64,000 bases of DNA from Octopus vulgaris (Eukaryota): contig OX597820.1 of the NCBI GenBank assembly GCA_951406725.2, positions 1,488,001-1,552,000 on the forward strand, in the 5' to 3' direction. Each line of letters opens with the position of its first letter. Positions within the stretch are counted from its first letter, which is position 1. The notes under the pieces are model-generated. The model did not search any database. It was given only the letters and a program-made list of their open reading frames with translations, and had not been told where the DNA came from. Made by a program: the position numbers and the translations under genes. Positions 55,118 to 64,000 of the stretch are shown one piece after another.

Positions 55118-55493
55118 TGTAAGTTGTGTATATGGGAACCTCTTGCCTAAAGCGTTAAATAAATTTACAGAGTTGGTCCCTTTCCGCAACCGTAAGTTTT
55201 CCTCTCCCTTTCTGAAAGTATATAGATGTAAGATTAGATGCGGTAGATAATATTTAGTTTGCTTACTGGGTTTCGAAACCGGATAGAAAAGTTCCTATAA
55301 ATAGCAGCCACCTATCTGGTTAGCCATAAAAGTAAAACAATTTTTCGTATATAGGAATTTTAGACTCGTCCTGCTAAAGAATTACGCCCGTCTTGTAATG
55401 CTTGAGAACCACTTGGCTCATTCCGTGTTGGACTGTCGTTTTGGAAGTGAGTTGGGATCTTGATTAATTGTTGATGTGTTGAACTGTTAATTA

Positions 55494-55651
55494 ATTCTGT
55501 TGTGTCTGGGGAGAGTCTTTCTCTTTTGCTGCCTTATAACTTAACACACTCACCGGTAAAATTTCCACTTTTTCTTTTTTATTTTTCTAAAATTTCTGTG
55601 TTAAATGATAAGGCACTAAAAGAGAACGACTCTCCCCAGACACAACAGAAT
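55494..55651. repeat. Inverted repeat (54 bp arms, 50 bp spacer)
   Basis: ATTCTGTTGTGTCTGGGGAGAGTC / GACTCTCCCCAGACACAACAGAAT. Confidence 0.85.
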
Positions 55652-55889
55652 ATGCTTCAACACACGAACTCACATAAAGAATCTTGCAAACCAAATCCAA
55701 AAACAAAATGCTAATTAATTGTTATCGTGCTTCTAAAACACCTTGTTTTACTAATTCTCTGATTTGTTAATGTTTCCCCCTTGTTTAAATAGGAAAATTA
55801 TTATTTTTGTGGGCTATTTTACCCAATTATTTATTTATTTTTTTAAAGTAGTTCCTCTGGCGAAGAGACTACGATACATTACGATAAAA

Positions 55890-56108
55890 GAATCTTTTCT
55901 ACTGTAGGCACAAGGCCCGAAAATTTGGGGGATGAGGCCAATCGATTAGATCAACTCCAGTACGTAACTGGTACTTATTTCATCGACCCCCGAAAGGATG
56001 AAAGGCAAAGTCGTCCTCGGCGGAATTTGAACTCAGAACGTAACGGCAGACGAAATACGGCTACGCTTTTCGCCCGGCGTGCTAACGTTTCTGCCAGCTC
56101 GCCGCCTT
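55890..56108 (-). mobile_element. SINE family S2
   Basis: Reverse complement of the S2 head and central domain. Confidence 0.88.
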
Positions 56109-56109
56109 C

Positions 56110-59100
56110 TTACAATAAAACAACGGAACCCCTATTAGATATGCCGACAACTGATGATATGTTGAAACCAGGAAAAAGTAACAACCAAGAATTAAACAAG
56201 TCAACAAATTTTGCTGCTGCGGCAGGGATAAACCGGAAAAACCTACACATAGACCAAAAGGAATTGATAAAATATAAAGGACTGCTTCAAAGGAGGGGTC
56301 ACGGGGTGAAATGACCCCTCCCAGCGAAGTAACGCATAACGCATCACGTTGTACAATTTTATACAAAATTTATGTGATAAAACCCCAAAAAGTTGGTTAT
56401 GACTTCAAAACTCTGCGGCAGCCTCAACGTTAGCAGAGGCCGTCCCTGAAGCAGAAACAACAGCGGTGGAGGCTGTGGTGGAAGAATAAATGAAAACACA
56501 ACGGATAACCAGAATGGATGGATTACCCCAACAAAAAAAAAAGGAAAAATTCCCGACCGGCCCCCACCAGCCCCAGCACATGCAAAAAAAATCACAACAA
56601 ACACACAAACTCACACCTCCTCCCCTCTTTCCCACCAAACCGGACATAAACATTATGGCGATAAACATAAAAAACAAAATTAATGCACAAACTTGAAACA
56701 TTCTCACAGTGGAAAAATGCAAAAACTTACACATAAAAGTACCTGAAAACATTAAAATATTTCGGATTGATCGGATGAATTACAAAGTAATTTCCCCCCA
56801 AGACATTGGCCCTCTGAGAAAATACTTCTCGCAAATTATTGAGGGCATTATCAAGGAAACCCCGCAAGCCCCGGAATAACGACTGAAATTGGATTACCAT
56901 CCCATCTCCACCTAAGGTAAATTATCTTTATGTTTACTCTCAATGTAGGGTGTATAAATGTACGCGGCCTGGGGTCATATTGGAAGCAAAGACCTCAGGT
57001 CGCATAAATTGGATCTGATAGTTTCCACAGAAACTAGACTGAGTGGACTGCGAGGCTTTCACCCACCCCATCCCACTCCTAAACAGCTACGAGAAATTTA
57101 TTTCTCCATACCAGCCTGGAGGAGCGGGAGGAGTCGCAGTTCTACTCAAGAAAAATCTGACTTTAGAGACAAGAACAATCTTTTTTGACCCGGAAGACGG
57201 ATCGGTCGTCCTTGACTTGACGCACAGCAGAGGTAAGTCCTTCAGGCTGGTAGCTGTCTACGCTTCTTGTGGAGCTAGACAGTCTAACTATTTTAGAAGC
57301 CTAGAGAACTTTCTTGGTACGTCACGTAATTTAGTATTGTTGGGAGACTTTAGAGTAGATTGTATCGGCTCGAACTCGAATAGGAAGGGAGACCAGTGCT
57401 TCATCGATCTGCTCAGTCGTTTTCAGCTGGCAGATCAGTACAGACTAGAATTCCCGGTCGCTTCATTGTGGACATGGGCTAATAGCGACGGGTCTTTTAG
57501 ATCTTTCGATAGAATAATAATCTAGGTGTCCACATTACCACTACGTCAACTAAAATGATCACAAACTTGTGACCTGTAAGTTTGACTTAGATAGGTTATG
57601 TAGGCAGGGTCCCGGCTACTGGAAACTCAACAAGTCTCTTTTGGCTTGTCAGGAGTACAGGAGTTGGATTAGACTGTTAGTAAAGAGAGCATTGACTGGA
57701 ACCATCATAAATAACAAATGATGGTATGCCCTCAAATTTGAGTCTTTTAGATATAGTAAGGAACTATTTACTAAGAAAAATAGAATAGAAAAGGCTCTAG
57801 TTAAGGCTCTAGATGAAGCACTGAGGTCTGGCCCTGCGTCCCAAGTTTTAGCGGCGAGATTGGCTCTTAACCAACACCTCGAGGCTAAACACGAAGGATG
57901 TATAGTCAGAGCAAAGCTACGTGCAATGGGACAAGAGGGAATCAAAGCTGCTGGATGGGCCCGTGTGGTAGAGACGTGGCAATGATGCCGCAGTAAGGTT
58001 TTGACGGACCAACAAGAGAATTTGGTAAACGAACCCGAGGAGATGTGTAAGGTATTTCTAGAGCATTTTGCACAGCTTTTAGATGGGGGCAGTGGACCGG
58101 AGTGTAGAAGGGACCTCATGGATTGCCTCGCTAGTTTGCCGCGTCTCTTGGGACAGGAGGCGGAATGCTGTGAAGGGCCGATCACAATGTGCAGATGGAG
58201 GAAGCTTTGTCAGACTGCGGCGGGAACAAGTCGCCGGGGCTTGATGGTCTTCCTTACGAGGTTTATTATAGTATGCCAGACTTGTTTGAGCACCTACTGG
58301 CATGTGTCTTCCCCAACTGGTAGCAGAATGGGTTGATACCCAGATCTGTAAGCCGGTGGGTGGTGGTACTGCTAAGAAAAGACCTAAACAAGGGGGACTT
58401 AGTTGATAATTTCCAGACCATCACTCTGCTTTACACAGAGCTGACGATTTTAGCCAAGGCATTAGCAAAAAGGTTGGCGCGTGTTGTGGGTGATATCGTC
58501 GGGGAGGCACAAAAATGTGCCATTTCCGGCAGATTCATACACGACAATCTCCACCTTATTCGCTATACCTTAGAGAAGGTGAACAGGATTCCTGGCAAGG
58601 GTGGGGCATTGGTTCATTTAGACCAAGCTAAAGCTTTTGATAGGGTTGACCATCTATACTTGGTGTTGGTCCTCGCAATGGTCGGACTGGGCCCGACCTT
58701 CTGTACTTGGATCATCGCTCTATATAACAACATCAATTCGATCGTTCGGGTGAACGGTTTCTTTTCGAAGCCGTTCTGCATCAAGCGCTCGGTACGTCAA
58801 GGATGCCATCTCCCCGCCACCTTCTGTATATATTGGCTCTTGATCCTTTTTCTGCGGAAATTGGAGGGGATGAGAGGCGCACCACGTGATCTGGGTTGTG
58901 AAAGGTCGGTTATGGCGTATGCAGATGACATCACCCTCATCGTATCCGAGGTCGAACACCTACAGAGGGTAGGTGAGGCCATTCAGGATTACGAGGCGAT
59001 GGCAGGAGCAACAATTAACTGTGAGAAGTCAGTTGGCTTGCAACTCGGCAACTGGGTTGACAAGTCAATTCCTCCCAACAACGTTATCGGGCGTTGAACG

Positions 59101-60440
59101 GGGTTTGGTCCGGTTGAGACCTCCAAATAGAGAAGAATTGGAGCGAGGTAACTAGTAGAGTGACCCTCCTAACTCAGACTTGGTCTGAACAGTGGTTCTC
59201 TCTGAAAGGGAGGGCGGCGGTCGCAAATGTGTGTATTGCATCCGTAATCACCGACCGCCTAACCGTCGTGCTTTGCCCCGATTCGTTGCTGATCAAGTTG
59301 GAACGACTGTACTTCCGCTTTCTATGGAAAGGCAAAAGACCTCTTGTAAGGCGCCAACACCCGCTAAAGGGTGGGTTAGGGATGCTTTGGCTAATGATAC
59401 GCAGACATGAGCTGGGGCTGAGGCATCTTTGGCTTTACCTGGGTGTGAACGGGTGTGGTCCCCGTTCGTCAAATCGATACTTCAAGAGTTTTAGTGATCT
59501 GGAACCGTAGAGCGAAGTTGGGGGCTAGGCAAGCTGAGTGCCGTCAGGCACTCGTGCTCCTCTCCCGCACGAGTAATGCCAGCGGCGGGGGTTCCACCTC
59601 GTCATACTATAGAGGGTTGGTAGAGGCTAAGTGCGATGACGTCCTGGGGGAAACACTGGGCTTCGACAATAGTCAACTTGCCGGCCGGTTCCAAAGGACA
59701 TTCGGGTCAGAGGCCTTGGATAGTCTCTAAAAGTCCCTGGCTTGACAATGTTACCGAGGAGCCTTACCAGTCCGCGATGAACTCGCAAGGCATGGTCATT
59801 CTTGCTTGCTCACTTGCCCTTGATGCGAGCAGGACAGTGAAACTGTTCTGCACGCCATTGGGCAGTGTCCGAAGATCTCGGAAATATGAGTTTACGCCGG
59901 ACAGCTGCTGTCACGTCCAGGAAAAGTACAACTGTCTTCCGGATCGATTATAAAGATCGTTCCAGCTTCCTCCTTGAACAAAGAAGGAAAGGTTTGTTTT
60001 CTCATTGTGGTCGTTGTAGCGAAAGAGGTGGAGTGGAAGACTCGAATGAAAGGAGCAGCGACAGGCAACCTCATCTCCAGCTTTGGTTTGGTGAAATTCT
60101 TTGCTTTCCATCTGAAGAGGAAAATAAAGCTGGAGAGGAGATGCCTGCCGTCCGATATATACGACAAAAGATGGAAGAATGTAGCACAAAAGTTGAGAAT
60201 GAATGCTTCAACATGAGCGTATTTCATAAAAGGTAACTAAAGGTTTCGGTGGTGGTATAGGGCTTGTGGGGTCGAAGTCGAACCCGACCCTCACTCCATT
60301 TTATTGTTTTTGTATTGTATAATCATTCGAATTTGTCATTAACTTTTAACTGCCATCTTTTTGTTGTACCATCAGTCGTGTAGACCCCCCCCTATTTGTA
60401 CTGCCCTTTCTATGTTGGCCTTTGTAGGCAATAAAGAATT
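56110..60440 (+). mobile_element. Near full-length decayed Tx1-like LINE (possible ORF1 remnant; ORF2 from 56930 to 60216 with many stops and frameshifts)
   Basis: APE motifs NVRGL, GGVAVL, LGDF and YWKLN; RT motifs LDQAKAFDRVDH, SVRQGC and AYADD; GGLG; zf-RVT remnant; 3' GCCTTTGTAGGCAATAAAG. Confidence 0.9.
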
Positions 60441-60481
60441 ACCTGTGGACTACTTGAATGTGAAATTCTTAGAGAGTTCTG

Positions 60482-60571
60482 TTCATCCTGATGAGGGAGT
60501 CATTGCCGAGATTCGCTTTAATTTGCAATCGGACAGCGGCAATGAACTCCCGAGATGGCCATAGGTATGGG
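60482..60571 (+). ncRNA. Degenerate hammerhead ribozyme with long helix II
   Basis: CATC-CTGATGA-GGGAGTCATTGCCG[28 nt]CGGCAATGAACTCCC-GAGA-TGGCCA-TA-GGT; GAAA mutated to GAGA. Confidence 0.6.
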
Positions 60572-60599
60572 TTTTGACTTACCCTTCTTTGGAACTCTC

Positions 60600-61015
60600 T
60601 CACGTTCTTTGGATACCGGACCTACCATGGATTGCTTCATTTTTAAGGACTGACTATTTTGATATATTTTTAATCGATGGGTAAATTTTTTTAGTCGACT
60701 GATTTGTTTTAATGATTCATTTTCATCACCTATTTTAGTCCTTCTATGTATATTTGTATTTTTTATATGTGCATATATATATTTACTTCCAGTTTTTATA
60801 TACGTATTTCTTTTATATGTTGAAGGCCTTGGTATTATTTGTATATGATGAAATGTATAGAAGTGTAGGGTTATATAAAGTCTTTGGCCCGAATTTGAAG
60901 ACTCTTCTCTAATCATTGGTTTTTGTCTCAATTTCACTTGAGCACTTCTTTTTTGCAGTCCTATATATATCTTTCTTTGCTTCCGTAAGAAGAAACGAAA
61001 ATTATTTCTTGTCAC
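60600..61015 (-). mobile_element. Possible Penelope-like GIY-YIG endonuclease remnant
   Basis: Weak motif KIYIGLQKRSAQVKLRQ in ORF 60518..61015; adjacent hammerhead motif. Confidence 0.3.
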
Positions 61016-61031
61016 ATCTATATATATATAT

Positions 61032-61070
<39 letters not shown>

Positions 61071-61366
61071 GGTCCCGGGTTGATTCGGGGTTAACCACAT
61101 GTATGAATATAACGCGTGCGTGCGTGTATGTGTATGAGTGTACGAATGAGTGAGTGTACGTGCTAAAGAGTGTGCGTGAGTGAATGAGTGCTTGTTTTCC
61201 AGTAGACAGATAAATGGACTGGCTGTCATAGCCAAGATGTTTGTGACCAAGCGGCCAAAGATAACAAAAGTAATAAACGAAGATAATAAAATTAAAATTA
61301 GGGGATGGGTCTGTATTTGTATGTGTATATATATGTGTGTGTATGTGTAGGTATGCATAGGTACAC

Positions 61367-61414
<48 letters not shown>

Positions 61415-62078
61415 ATGTAAATGTATGTGTGTGTATATATGTGTGTATGTGTATATATGTGTATATAGGGACTAGTGTGCTGTGTGTGCATGTGTGTGTG
61501 TGGATTTGTGTGTGTATGCGTGTATGTGAGTATGTGTGTGTATGTGTATATATATTTTTCTGTGTGTATATGTATGTGTGGTCGTGTGTGTGTATATATA
61601 CATGTGTGTATACGTGTATGCATGTGAGTGTGTGTATGTATACATATATGTGTATGTGTAGATATGTATATGTATGTGTAAGTGTATATATATGTATATA
61701 TATATGTGTGTGTATGTATGTGTGTATGTATATGTATATATGTTTGTATGCGTGTGTATATATGTATACATATGTGCATAGGTATAAGTGAGAATCTCCT
61801 TATTTACCTAAAACTCTATTCCCCCCTTTTTTTTATATATATATATATTTTTATTTTTTTTATTTTTTATTTATTCTTCTATCTAATTTAACACTGACTC
61901 CTTGACCACTCCCCCAAGTATGATATTTTGCGCTATGCCTACCCCCAAAAAGTCCCCCACCAACACCCCTTTAAACCTGCCTAAATGTATAAATGCCAAT
62001 ACAATTCTTGTTAACTAGCTTCCTGAAGATTTCTCTTGAATGAAACAGTTCTAGTCCTGTAGAAGCTCCTTCTATATA

Positions 62079-62124
<46 letters not shown>

Positions 62125-62203
62125 AGATCGTTAGATAGATGCATGCATGCATGCATACACACATATATATGCATTCATGTGTTTGTGTGTGTGTTTTATT
62201 TTA

Positions 62204-62255
<52 letters not shown>

Positions 62256-62446
62256 TATTAACTTCTTCTAAGTGTTGAAGCTCGGGTGATTATTGGTGAA
62301 ATCAGTAAAGAAAGCGTGAATTACTATGGTTTATGTCACTCCTGGCGAATGATTTACTCCGAAAAGATAGTTTGGTAAATGAAAATTGTTCGTTAAGCCA
62401 TTTTCAGGAACAATCACAGCAAATGGCGCGTTGATATTAAATCTAT

Positions 62447-62499
<53 letters not shown>

Positions 62500-62525
62500 T
62501 CTCTCTCCCAGTTTTCCATCCCTGT

Positions 62526-62949
62526 TTAGCTCGGGTAACACATACACACATATAATGTTTCTAAGATCGCATTAATCGAATACGTATGCATAGTGAGTTC
62601 GTCTCTTATTATTTGGTTTGTGATGTGTTCCGGATCAAGCCTCTTAACTTTATATAAGTCTGAAGGGTTTGATGTGAGAATACTATAATTTTGTGGCCAA
62701 GAGACATGTAGTGTAACTTTTGGATCGTTGCTCGTCATCTGCTGCTGAGGAAAGGATGACCTGGTGTTGTCCCTTGGTCTGAAAACAGGAGCTGTGTGAG
62801 GCTGGTGCTTTAGATTCCAACGGAACCGAGAAGAAAAGCGTATGTTGGCATCACTGAAATGAGACGATCGGGCGATGCTGTTTCGACGCTGGTGACTTGA
62901 CACGTCTGACTGGACATTCTGCCTGTTTTGGCAATAGTACGTTTTGGCA
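62526..62949 (-). CDS. Candidate terminal coding exon of an unknown gene extending beyond the right edge
   Basis: Acceptor TATTTTTGTGTTTTTCCCCAG followed by ~140 stop-free codons of non-repetitive S/R/Q/P-rich sequence; no recognisable domain. Confidence 0.45.
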
Positions 62950-63149
62950 CTGGGGAAAAACACAAAAATATACACGTGCAGATTGAAAGAGTGTGAGGAA
63001 GAGAGGGGGGGCATATTGCAATTTATTTGTTGATCACAATTGACATAAACACGTTGCCTCTCCTTATACACAAAGAAATATAGTCATAGAAACAAACAGA
63101 GGGAGAGAGAGCGGGTGAGGGAGGGAGAGAAACATTGAAACGAAACATT

Positions 63150-63237
63150 AAAACGTCTAATGTCAAATAAGTCAGCGTCGAATCAGCGGCGCCAAATAAG
63201 CGGCGTCAAAACGGCTGTGCTGAAATGTCTCATACCG
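63150..63237. mobile_element. DNA-transposon end fragment with subterminal GGCGCCAAA-like repeats (MULE-like)
   Basis: Repeated GCGTCGAA / GCGCCAAA / GCGTCAAA / GTGCTGAAA units ending TGTCTCATACC. Confidence 0.4.
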
Positions 63238-63718
63238 TCAATGACAACTAAAGCTGATACATAACGTCAGAAAGTCATGAAATTCAAAAATATCTGCTGG
63301 CGGAAGAGGAAAACACACCGATTTCACACGTGCATGAGCTACAACAAATGGTTCTTCTGTTGAAAGTAAATCCAAAAAAAATTCCGTCACTCAAATACAC
63401 ATTCATTATGTCACAGAGGCCATAAACTGCCATGAACTTTAAACGATGCAAATAATATGGACATGGTAGAAGACCCATGTCTAAGCTGCCGCGCAGGGCT
63501 TCTTAAGAAGTCTGCTTCGTAATCAGGTGCAACTGCCGCACAGGACTTCTTAACTTCACAGCTATGGTGTTGTATAAGTCTTTTCTAAATTTATGTAATT
63601 CGGTTTTGTTATATTAAGTTATATTTTATTTAATGTTTTTCGGTTTTAATAAAAAGAAAAAAAGAAATCTAACCCAGATCGAGTAACCTTTAAAATATTT
63701 CAAACGTGCTAGGTGTAG

Positions 63719-63765
<47 letters not shown>

Positions 63766-64000
63766 CAAACTGACCCTCTGTGTGTTTGTCTACATTCTTG
63801 CGTGTGTACGTGGGTGTATACACGCACACACACACAGACATACGCTGATGCACACACAAAGATTGAGAGAGATGAAGAGATAGAGCGATGATAAATCCAA
63901 AATTAAATGCGTCTAAGGTTTGTACGTATATGTATAACTATGTGCTTTGAGTGGTCTGTGTGTGTGTGAGCAAACGCATACACATGGACACATAAACAAA

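Noticed and set aside
63284-63478. 64 aa ORF as an upstream exon of the 62.5-62.9 kb candidate
   Set aside because: No convincing splice sites or recognisable domain; may be decayed transposon sequence

Overview
AT-rich, microsatellite-dense eukaryotic DNA. The SINE families and repeat landscape resemble an octopus/coleoid cephalopod genome (inference). Almost all ORFs in the track are artefacts of (TACA)n, (CA)n, (GATA)n, (TAA)n and (GA)n repeats. The real protein-like segments are decayed retrotransposons: two Tx1-like LINEs, six Dong/R4-like fragments all in (TAA)n arrays, several RTE fragments, a CR1-like LINE, a possible Penelope remnant and an internally deleted mariner. There are many copies of tRNA-derived SINEs, plus MITEs and a Helentron-type element. 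No host gene is identified; there are two candidate minus-strand exons (14399-14746 and 62526-62949). The most notable signals are: six type-I hammerhead ribozyme motifs in unrelated small elements, five with a palindromic helix III and one in a retrozyme-like monomer showing an end-to-start junction; microsatellite-associated LINE insertions (Dong in TAA, Tx1 in GATA); a SINE sharing its 3' tail with the Tx1 LINEs; and a foldback element with a tRNA-like gene in its loop. Coordinates were counted by eye and decayed repeat boundaries are approximate.
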